DNA of 64,000 nt from Auanema rhodensis (Eukaryota > Animalia > Nematoda), in NCBI GenBank assembly GCA_964057225.1, contig OZ059898.1:12276001-12340000 (forward strand), read 5' to 3'. Of this stretch, positions 54,332 to 64,000 are shown in pieces (positions within the stretch are counted from its first letter, which is position 1; every line of letters begins with the position of its first letter). The position numbers and the translations under genes were made by a program. Under the pieces are notes generated by a model. That model saw nothing but the letters and a program-made list of their open reading frames with translations. It made no database searches and was not told the origin of the DNA.

Positions 54332-57167
54332 ATGAGATTATTAAGCGGGTTACCATTGCGACTGATCAGTTCTGCCTCACCTCAGAACAACAGCTTGCGT
54401 CTGTTAAGTGCATCATCCTCTAAATACCAGAGGTTTAGCAGACATTTCGTGTAAATCGATGATTTTTAAAAATTTAGGCCCGTCGATCTCAGAGAGGGGC
54501 GTGAGCTCTATAACACTTGCCCCCTTGACTACAATGAGGGTAAATTCGAGAAAATCCTTATTGCCAACAGAGGTATTGAATCCGGATGAGGAATTAAATT
54601 CATATAAAATTGTATTAAGGAGAAATTGCCTGTCGCGTAATCAAAACTGCTAAAGCTATGGGAATTAAAACCGTTGCTGTTCATTCTGATGTAGACAGCG
54701 GTGCTTTGCATGTAAAAATGGCTGATGAAGCTGTTTGCATTGGAACTGCTCCAACTTCTGAATCATACCTCAGAGCTGACAGAATTTTGGACGCTGTTAA
54801 AGATACTGGTGCTCAAGCTGTAAGAAAGAAAATTACAACAACAACAAAAACTTTTTTTCTTCAGGTTCATCCCGGTTATGGATTCCTCTCTGAGAACACT
54901 CATTTCGCTGCCGAGCTTGAAAAGGCTGGAGCTGTTTTCATTGGACCTAACTCCAAGGCTATTCTGGATATGGGAGACAAGATCCACTCTAAGAAAGTTG
55001 CCGCTGCTGCTAAAGTTAATATGATTCCTGGTTATGACGGAGAAATTGCTGATGAGCAAATGTGTATTAAGGTTGATCTCTAAGAAGTACCGGTTTTTTC
55101 AAATATTCTTTTTTTTTACAGGTAGCCAATGAAATCGGATATCCTGTTATGGTTAAGGCTTCCGCTGGTGGTGGAGGAAAAGGTATGAGAGTTGCTTGGA
55201 ATGACAAGGAACTTGTGGAGGGATTCAGGTACTAATGTTCCAAATTTCATCAATATTTGTGTTATCTAGACTTTCCAAGCAAGAAGCTGCTTCTTCCTTC
55301 GGAGACGATAGAATGCTTGTTGAGAAGTTCATTGATAACCCAAGACATATTGAGATGCAAGTACTCTGTGACAAACATGGAAATGCTCTCTGGTTAAACG
55401 AAAGAGAGTGCTCCATTCAGAGACGTAACCAAAAGGTTATTGAGGAAGCTCCTTCTCCATTTGTTACCCCCGAAATGCGTGCTAAGATGGGAGAACAATG
55501 TAAGCTGAAACTAAACTGCTCAATTAAAATAGCTTCATATTTTAGCTGTCCAACTTGCTAAAGCTGTTGGATATGATTCTGCTGGTACTGTTGAATTCCT
55601 TGTTGATTCCAAGAGAAACTTCTATTTCTTGGAAATGAATACTCGTCTTCAGGTTTTCAAATTTTTTTAGTAATTTCCAATATGTATTCCGTAAAGGTAG
55701 AGCACCCAATCACAGAATGCATTACTGGAATAGATATTGTCCAACAAATGTTAAGAGTTGCTTATGGTCATAAGCTTCCTTTGACTCAAGCTCAAGTTCC
55801 TCTTAAGGGATGGGCTTTCGAAAGCAGAGTCTACGCTGAGGTAGATTTTATTTTGAAATCTTTTTTATTAATTGGTATTTGAAGGATCCTTACAAAGGAT
55901 TTGGTCTTCCTTCTATTGGACGTCTTCATCGTTATGTTGAGCCACACAATGTTGCCGGAGTCCGTTGTGATTCTGGAATCAAGGAAGGCTCTGAGATCTC
56001 TATCTACTACGATCCTTTAATCTGCAAGGTATTATTGATTGTATGTTTGAAAAATAATCAGTATGACTTTAGTTGGTTACCTATGGTGAGAACAGAAGTG
56101 AAGCTTTGGACAGAATGACTGACGCTCTCGATAACTACGTTATTCGTGGTGTAACTCACAACATTCCATTATTGAGAGATGTATGCCAAGAAAAGAGATT
56201 CCGCGATGGTAACATCACCACTAAGTATCTTCCCGAAACTTACCCTGAAGGATTCCAAGTAAGCTACTATTCATAATTTCAATGGTTAATACCCAATTTT
56301 CTACAGGGTGCCTCTCTTAATGCTGGTGAACAAAACACCGTTATTGCTCTTGCCTCTGCTTTGAACGCCAGAAAGCTTGCTCGTGCTAAGAAGTTCCTTA
56401 ATCAAACCCGTCAACAGTCTACCACCACTGAGCCATACAAGCTCAGTTACAAGTTAATCAACGTTTCCATTCTGTGCTAACCAAGATCTTCTAGATTTGT
56501 TGTTGAGCTCCCAGCTAAAGAAAACGAAGAGAAGATCAGACACAATGTTGAAGTTTATTTCAAGAATGGAAATGAGAACAATGCCCGTGTCCTTGTTGAT
56601 GGAAAGAAGGTACTTTCATATTTTGAGAACTTTTGTAATTTTTCGTATTGTTAAGGTCAAGATTAATGGAGATCTCAATCTCGCTCAACCAGTAGTCCGT
56701 GTTGAAGCTGATGGAAAGCAATTGTGTTCTCAAATCATTAGCAAGAAGGCTGGAGAAATTACAGTTTTGTTCAAGGGAACTCCATTCAAGGTTAAGGTCT
56801 TGCCCGATACCGCTATTGAGTATTTGAAACATATGAAGGAGAAGCCAAAGGTTTTAGAATTGATGAAACAGAAGGAAATTTATTGGAAATATTATAGGTT
56901 GATCTTTCTTCTGTCGTTCTTGCCCCTATGCCTGGTGCCATCAAGAATGTTTCCGTTAAAGTGGGCGATATGGTTTCTGAAGGACAAGAACTTGTCGTTA
57001 TCGAAGCCATGAAGATGCAAAACAGTCTTCACGCCGGAAAGACCGGAAAGGTAGGATATCGTACAAGTAAAAACTCAGATTTGTTATATCCATTTTAGGT
57101 CAAGTCTGTTAGCGTTAAGGTAGGATCCACTGTTGATGAAGGAGAACTTCTTGTTGAGTTAGAATAA
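54332..57167 (+). CDS. pcca-1: Propionyl-CoA carboxylase alpha subunit, mitochondrial
   Basis: 15 exons: 54332-54432, 54478-54572, 54620-54819, 54865-55071, 55122-55228, 55270-55499, 55546-55652, 55697-55840, 55885-56028, 56073-56258, 56307-56452, 56495-56609, 56656-56850, 56898-57050, 57099-57167. Arg/Ser/Leu-rich transit peptide, [61 protein letters not shown], biotin site EAMKM. TTTCAG acceptor at 54318-54323. Confidence 0.96.
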
Positions 57168-57447
57168 GTTTGTAATTGCTTATTGAGATTTATTAATGAT
57201 ATGCATCTTTGAAAAATTGTGTTTGGTTATATCACCGGTTATTGTTATTTTGTACAAAAGAGTATGTGATTTGTATCGACTAGTTTTTGTTTTTTTTTAA
57301 TTTTGTCATAATTAGATGTTGGAGATATATTTTTTAAAATTTTAAATCCATAAAGTTCTAACTCATATGAATGTTACACCTTAATGTTCGTAATTCGAAT
57401 ACTTGAGAAGCACTCATTTCTCCACTATATGTTTATTCAAGCTCAAG

Positions 57448-58188
57448 ATGGATATTGATTTGAAAACACAAATGGCGGCACTAACAAATTGTATCACAGC
57501 TGTACAAGGTATTCGATATTTTGATGAGAGTCAAATGAAACAAATGAAAGATCGTTTGAAACAAGTGGAAGCTGCCATGGGCGTAGTAAGTTTTTAGGTT
57601 ATTTTGGTAAAACCTTTCAGTTCTAGATTGAAAGATCATTAGCCACAAAGAGCGAGATTAATCAAAGTAATATAATTGACGAAGACAAATTAACCAAACT
57701 TCAGATAGAAATGTATGAAATGGAACAGTAATATTTCAGAACAACTTTTTTTAGAGATTCTCGAAAGCCTACGGTTCATTCCAACAAAAATATCCAAAAG
57801 CTCATCAAGAGCTTAAAGGTAGTTGATCTTAAATGAAAAGATTTAGGATTTATAATGATCTTTTAGCCAAGCTCTCGTCCTGAAATTGAGGAAGACGACA
57901 TTCAAGAGGAAGTATTCAATTATGTGAACAAAGATCCGCTGACAAAGAAAGCAATTCAACATCCCGTCAAAAACAAGGTTGTTTATCTATTTTTAATCAT
58001 AGTTTGAAATTTTGTTGCAGGTCTGCGGTCACGTTTATGATAAGGAAACGATTCGAGAATTCATTACTAACTTGGAGAAGAAACGATTGCTCCGTCAATG
58101 TCCTCAGAGTGGCTGCAGAAATAGGAAGAATCTGGTCATGGATGACATGATGGACTTCCCGGAATTTTTTGATTTATGTAAAGATTAA
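57448..58188 (+). CDS. nse-2: NSE2/MMS21-like SP-RING SUMO E3 ligase (Smc5/6 subunit)
   Basis: Exons 57448-57585, 57627-57712, 57755-57818, 57867-57977, 58021-58188 (188 aa). Helical N-terminus, acidic EEDDI, then DPLTKKAIQHPVKNKVCGHVYDKETI..CPQSGC (SP-RING/zf-Nse). Confidence 0.85.
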
Positions 58189-58692
58189 ATCAACCTGTAA
58201 TTTGATCAAACCCCGATCTCAATCTCTTCTTATTGTGCGATTCTTGTACGTCTCTCGCTCCTTTTTGTCTCGAATTCTCTCATCATCTGATAAAACTCGT
58301 GACGTTGCAAATTCCAATGCTTCACACTACACTCTGTTTACGTGGAGCTGTGTAACTATTGCTCTAATGTTAATATCCGTGCATCGCCATTCTGAAGTTC
58401 CAGATTTTTGTAATATTTTTCATTTATAACAATTATTTATAATCATTAAACGAGATCAAATCTGTATGGTTTATAGCTGTGTGCAACTAACTAATTTAAT
58501 TTGAACGTTTATGAACCACTCCAACGAATCTATAGTAAGAATCTAAAAATGTAAAAATTAACATTTGGATCTATGAATAAATCAAACTTCTTTATTCTTG
58601 AGTTCCTTCATTATACAGGTATTCAACCTTGTATCTTTCATATTTAGCTAAATATATTAATACGTCCAGGTAAGTGTATAAAAATTCATTAT

Positions 58693-58960
58693 CTACCGCG
58701 CCCGCGAAAAGTTTTCAGACTGAATTTTTGGTAAAGCAAAAAAATATTGCTGCCTTCTAGTTGTCCGGTTCCTGCTTCATATAGTTGTAGTTTAGTCATC
58801 AAAAATCGAATACCACTATACTTCTCAACGAATATGCGTCAAAACTAAGCTATAAATCAATTAATTGATCAATTAATGATACCAAATCTGGATATATCTG
58901 ATTATGGTTAATTGTTAAATGCTCTTAGATTCATTTGAAAACTACCGCGCCCGCGAAAAG
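58693..58960. promoter_or_regulatory. Duplicated 19-bp E2F/DREAM-like element upstream of dcn-1
   Basis: Identical CTACCGCGCCCGCGAAAAG at 58693-58711 and 58942-58960; the second copy has a CHR-like TTTGAA just upstream. Confidence 0.6.
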
Positions 58961-59355
58961 CTTTCTTCATTAATAATCGTCGGCATCGTAATTTTACGTA
59001 TTCTAACAAAGTTCAGTTCGCTCTCTTTTCTTATTAACATAGTAATTAAACTATAATAACATAATATTCCATAGTTTGGTGATAATACAATGAGTACTGA
59101 AGATCTCGAATGTGCTCGTTTCCGTGAATTTTAGCTCAATAACTGTTCAATATTTTAATAACATCATCAATGTTGTAATCTTCTGAATTTAGTGATTGCT
59201 TGTTGGCTTTCATCCTGGCTCACCCGGAATCTAAACGGATTAGGCTATCATCTTTAAATAACCCCCAAACTGTTTTTCACCAACTGAGGTAGCATTAACT
59301 TACATTAAAACAGTATGTAAAGATTTTTTTAAACAGAGCCTCCACATTAACTGCA

Positions 59356-60463
59356 ATGAGCCGAAATATCAGGAATGATAGAGAAGCTAAAGTAATATTA
59401 ATAATATGAAAAATATGATGATTATATAAAATTTAGATCAAAAACTTTATGTTATGCACTCAACAATCAGAACATATGGCTCTGACCTTTTTAGGCCGTT
59501 CCAATTGGAACATGGATATGGCCGTAGATTTGTTCTACCAGGTTTGGTTTTGAAAAATTAAAAACAATGAACAAAAATAGAAATAACAAGAACACTTTCT
59601 TACTAATATATTACAGCAAAATGCTGTTGCCGACAAGTATAAACTAGATGGTCTTTTCGACAAGTACGCTAATGGTATATCTTAAATAAAACAGATTCCC
59701 ATTCATTTGGTTGATTTACAGATGCCAGAGACGATGTTGGTCCACAAAGAATCGGACCCCATGGAATGCAAAAGCTATTGAACGATCTTCACCTAGATCC
59801 CGCCGATAGACGAGTACTTATCTTAGCATGTAAACTTAAGGTTTGTTCTGTAAATGAAAACTTAAAGCTAGAATAAACAATTTAAGGCTGAAACTCAATG
59901 TGAATTCAGTTGGGAAGAATGGCAGAACGGGTTATCCCTATTGGGGTATTTTAAAACTTTTCAACTCCTTATTATTCTTATGATTTATAGAGTAGATACT
60001 ATTGAAAAATTAAGTGAAAAACTAAGTCAATTAGACACGGGTCTCACTGATCCGCCGGCTTTCCGTAATTTATATCACTTTGCGTTTACTTATGGCAAGC
60101 CAAGTGGACAGCGAAGTATGGATTTAGAAACTGCTATTGCATATTGGAAAATATTATTTAAAGATCAGGTAGAATTATGTTCTCGCTTTCTATTTTTATT
60201 TCAATTTCTATACAGTTCCCCTTAATGGAACAATGGGAACGTTTCTTATTATTAGAAAGACGTGCCATATCAAGGGACACATGGAATCTTTTATTAGATT
60301 TTTGTTTGAATATACGACCAGGTAGTTTTATTGATGATTTTTGCATTTTATTTCCTTTCTAGACCTAACGAATTATGATGAAGAAGGAGCCTGGCCTGTA
60401 CTAATTGATGAATTCGTGGAATTTGTTCGGAAGGAGTTGAACTTGCCTCGTCCCAACGAGTAA
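59356..60463 (+). CDS. dcn-1: DCN1 (defective in cullin neddylation) NEDD8 co-E3
   Basis: Exons 59356-59391, 59437-59541, 59617-59674, 59722-59840, 59887-59945, 59991-60168, 60216-60321, 60363-60463. UBA-like N-terminus ([13 protein letters not shown]) and PONY domain ([57 protein letters not shown]). Confidence 0.95.
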
Positions 60464-60813
60464 AACCAAAACTTTCAAAAGCAGCCTTGAAATCATTTAG
60501 CTCATGTAAATAAATAGATGATGCGCGTGTCTCTCCTCGAAGTGATGTTAAAAACCCGAAATAGACGATTCTCAGCTATTTTTCAGCGTCTTTTCGCCGA
60601 CTATTTCGAAATAATATCCGCCTTTTTAAAGAAATTTGTGCCGCTCTTTATGAACTTTTGTTGTATTTTTGTGAATTTATTCTCGATGAAGTCATTGTCA
60701 TCAAATTGCATATAAATTGATTGTTTTAATTTGTTATAATGTTTTTATCATCTAATACTTCAATAGCAACTGGAAAAGTTTTTAATAGCATTTTAGGAAG
60801 CTTATATCGAATT

Positions 60814-61220
60814 ATGGAGGCTGATTTAGAAAAAGTAGTCCAGGTTGCGTAAGTTTCTCTTTGATCAATATTGTTACAAATTTTCTTTTTAACAGAATGT
60901 CTAATCCGGCATGGCAGGGAGTAGTTGTCAGTGATTTAAATGGCTTACCCTTAGCTTCAAGAGGATCTCTCACAGTTTGTTTCTCAAACGTATTATTAAA
61001 CTATTTCTATGCACTTTAGGGTTCAACAGGTGTGATGGCAGCAGAGTTTTTGAATGTAGCTAAGCAACTAGAGCCATCTTCGACAGAATCTCCCGTCGTT
61101 TGTATAAACGGAGATACTTCTAAGGTTTAATTCAAATATTCTCGTGAACACTAGTTTCCTTTTCAGCTATATTTCTCACAGTCTGGAAATGTCATTATTG
61201 CCTCACATTCTTCTGCCTAA
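60814..61220 (+). CDS. LAMTOR5: Ragulator subunit LAMTOR5/HBXIP homolog (90 aa; absent from the ORF track)
   Basis: Exons 60814-60848, 60896-60974, 61020-61124, 61167-61220 give MEADLEKVVQVAMSNPAWQGVVVSDLNGLPLASRGSLTGSTGVMAAEFLNVAKQLEPSSTESPVVCINGDTSKLYFSQSGNVIIASHSSA, colinear with human LAMTOR5 as recalled (MEATLE..M.NP..GV..D..GL.L..RG.L..PVVCL). TTTTAG acceptor at 60791-60796. Confidence 0.85.
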
Positions 61221-61422
61221 TCGTAATTACCGTATTCAACATCGTATTAACCAGGAGTAGTCTTTTGTCCAACTCATAATGTGCTGTGATTTACATTGAT
61301 TATATATATATATAAATATAAATGTTCTATTTTCTGTCTTTACCTAATGGATCTTTTCATGTATTCATCAGTTTCCGTATTTTAATCAAGTTCATTCATA
61401 AGCTTCAAGAATAGGTATTCAG

Positions 61423-61931
61423 ATGACAACATTACCCCCATACAATGAGATGAAATTCAATCTTGAATTCACTGGTGGAGCTGAATTCCTTTTTGGCAAC
61501 CAGAAATCTCATCAAGTTTGTCACTGATATATTCGTTTATACCTCCTTGTTAAGGTTGTCGTGCCAAGAATTGCTCATCCATTTACAATCAAGGTACTGA
61601 TTAGATGGATAGGAGAAGTTATGTTGAAGGTAGTTTTTCATGTTGAATTAATTTTTCCTAAGATTTTTGTTTATTTTTTGTCAAATAAATTAAGTTTTAG
61701 TTTCTAAAATTATTTTAACTTCAGGATTGTGATACACCAGAGATGTTTATTGAGGGTGATTCTCTCCGTCCAGGAATTCTTGTTTTGATCAACGAGTGTG
61801 ATTGGGAACTTCTCAATTACGTAATATTAATTTTTGAGTATTATGTTTATTCATTTACTGTATTACAGGAGAATACTGAGTTAAAAGATGGAGATCTCAT
61901 CACATTCATCTCTACCCTTCACGGAGGATAA
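61423..61931 (+). CDS. urm-1: Ubiquitin-related modifier 1 (URM1)
   Basis: Exons 61423-61515, 61555-61629, 61725-61820, 61869-61931 (108 aa). [29 protein letters not shown]-terminal [13 protein letters not shown] directly before the ATG. Confidence 0.95.
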
Positions 61932-64000
61932 ACCGTACTTATTTGCCATGGGTACAATTGCATCTCGTTGACATCATTTTTCATCATTTAATTTTTTGTT
62001 TTTGTTGTTTTCATACTAAAACTATTTTCCTAGTCTACTATGAATATATTGTTGCTTAAATACGCATGGAAATCAACCGGTCTTATGCACATTCGGGTAA
62101 GAAATAACACAAGATACGTGGAACTACGCAAATTACGTGAACATGAACTATAAAATGAATGCTTTCGCGAGCACCATAATCCAAATACCAAAATTTCTAT
62201 CAAATGAATACCTTGAAACTATTTCATTCATGTGCGAGCATATTTAGTGGAACAATTTCTTTAAAAGGAAAGTTATTCTGATTTTCTTCAAATCGCAATT
62301 CTTGAATTTAATGGAGATTCTGGACATAATGAGGCCGATGGATAATGATGTGCCATCTGAGAGAATTCCTCATCAGGCTCCAGACCGTGGCTCCTTTGTA
62401 ATTCTTACGCAATTGACAGCTCTCCAGTAATCAAATCGTGTAATAAATATGCGGAAGATTTTGTGCTTGTTAATCGGATAGCAATATTCCGATTGCCACA
62501 CGAGCAAGCGACATTTCCAATATGTACTTAAGTAGCCAAATCTTTGGAAATAGGATATGCTTATATTAAATTCAGTTTGAACAGGAGTCATAGTGATAGA
62601 TTTCTCAATATTTTATTAGATAATTAAATTTTGTCTTGTACTTCATTCTATTAGATATTCAAAATCTAGAACTTATATGTAAAGTGGATGAAAAGCTATG
62701 CTAAAGTCCCAATATGGTACTTGAAATGTTACATTTTTTATCATTTGCTCGCCCCTTTGTGTTTTTTTTCGCTTTCAAACAGCAATTTTCGGTTTACTGG
62801 ATCGATTGTCGACGCGAAGGGACAGCTATTTTTGTTTTCTGTTTTGGTCATTCATGAACACGTCCATTCGACATCACTAGCTGAGCAGTAGAGGAAGCCG
62901 ATGAAGCATGGAGATACACTAGAGAGAAAGAAAAAGTGAACAGATCAGAGAGGGAAAGAGATGGAAAAAGAAAAAAGGAATAATTTTGCAAGGAAGCGAG
63001 AGAAATAGGAAGGCAATGAGATGAGAAAAAAAGTAAATTGAAGAAATGGTCTAGCCAAAACAAGACTGAAAAAATGGTTGTTGTGTTGCTTGCCTCTTTA
63101 CGGAAAAAAAAGATGAAAAGCCGGCACAAGATAAGACTAGCTGAGTTCTTCTAAGCTCAAAAAGAGAATTGTTTTGGTAATTTGTTGCTTTGTCCAAATG
63201 AAATGTTCAACTGGCGGCTACATTCTCTAATTAGACGTCTACTGAATACCCTCTCCCTCGTTCCGAATACTAAATTGAAATAAGCTGTTCCTGAAATGAT
63301 GGAAAAGGAACAAGAATGTGTCTGCGCATCTTATAAAGCTTTGATTTGCTAATGCTTCCAATTTTGAGATAAATCGGATTTTAAAGAGAATCCCCTCACT
63401 TTGGTGCCCTTGTACTCCCACTGATTTTCTTCCGCGGCATGCTCTCATTTCTGCGCTCCTCGGCCATTGTGTTTCTATTTCGTCTGCATGAGACAGACAT
63501 TCATTCACTGACCAGATGCCCTTAGGCTGAACTTAGCCAAGACTGGGAACGAACGAGAGAATCGAAGCATATAGGATTATGAAAAGAAAGAATAGAAGGA
63601 AATTCTCCAACAGCTTACAGAGAATTAGAGAAAGAGAAAAAGAGGAAATAGGATGTTATCCTGTTTCTCTTTCTCTCACTCATTTTCAATTTCTCCCTCT
63701 GTCTTCATTCTTTTCGCCTCATGACCAGAGTGGATTGGGCTTTGGGTCATCACTGGTCCATATTCTAGTTCACATTCACTAAATTTCAAAAAGAGTTATT
63801 GTTGGATGGCACTGAGAATGAAAAGTTTACTAACATGACCATTACCTATTCTGAGGTTGTTTCCCCTTCGTTTAAAATGAGAAATTTCTGATAAAAATAT
63901 GTCTTTCCCTTTGTTTTGAAAAGTCAATAAACACTTTATATTTCATATTTTTGTACCTTCAACTATCCCTTTTTCTTGTCCTTCACGTTCAGTGCTACAT

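Noticed and set aside
58722-58732. Sm-site-like AATTTTTGG suggesting an snRNA or SL RNA
   Set aside because: No SL leader, snRNA sequence or flanking stems; the motif is common in AT-rich DNA.
59285-59306. let-7 seed TGAGGTAG
   Set aside because: No hairpin; better explained as a GAG|GTAGC donor of a possible dcn-1 5'UTR intron ending at 59336.
62040-63782. Short ORFs and GC-richer patches after urm-1
   Set aside because: No consistent exon chain or recognisable domain; may be regulatory DNA of a gene outside the window.
1-64000. CRISPR arrays, rRNA, tRNA, autonomous transposase or reverse transcriptase, prokaryotic defence systems
   Set aside because: None seen; all identifiable genes are spliceosomal-intron-containing nematode genes.

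Overview
AT-rich, intron-containing eukaryotic DNA from a rhabditid nematode (Caenorhabditis-like proteins, TTTCAG/TTTAG acceptors, probable trans-splice sites and operons). Most ORF-track entries are artefacts of (GA)n/(CT)n microsatellites, so genes were assembled by hand from GT-AG phases. The left domain (1-49 kb) is microsatellite-rich. It holds a secreted Cys-rich furin-processed pro-protein (minus strand, cut off at the window start) and two neuropeptide GPCRs (FRPR-like, minus; npr-10-like, plus) arranged head-to-head across a 37.6-kb gene desert that contains a three-exon pseudogene and a MITE. The right domain (49.5-62 kb) is compact, with mostly 39-50 nt introns. It holds a divergent receptor tyrosine kinase (minus) and a co-directional run of pcca-1, nse-2, dcn-1, LAMTOR5 and urm-1. 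The most unusual signals are frequent AAG 3' splice sites in the compact domain, an operon-like cluster of three ubiquitin-like-modifier genes with a small Ragulator subunit, a GPCR with DCL in place of DRY, and an orphan pro-ligand-like gene. No prokaryote-style novel system was found.
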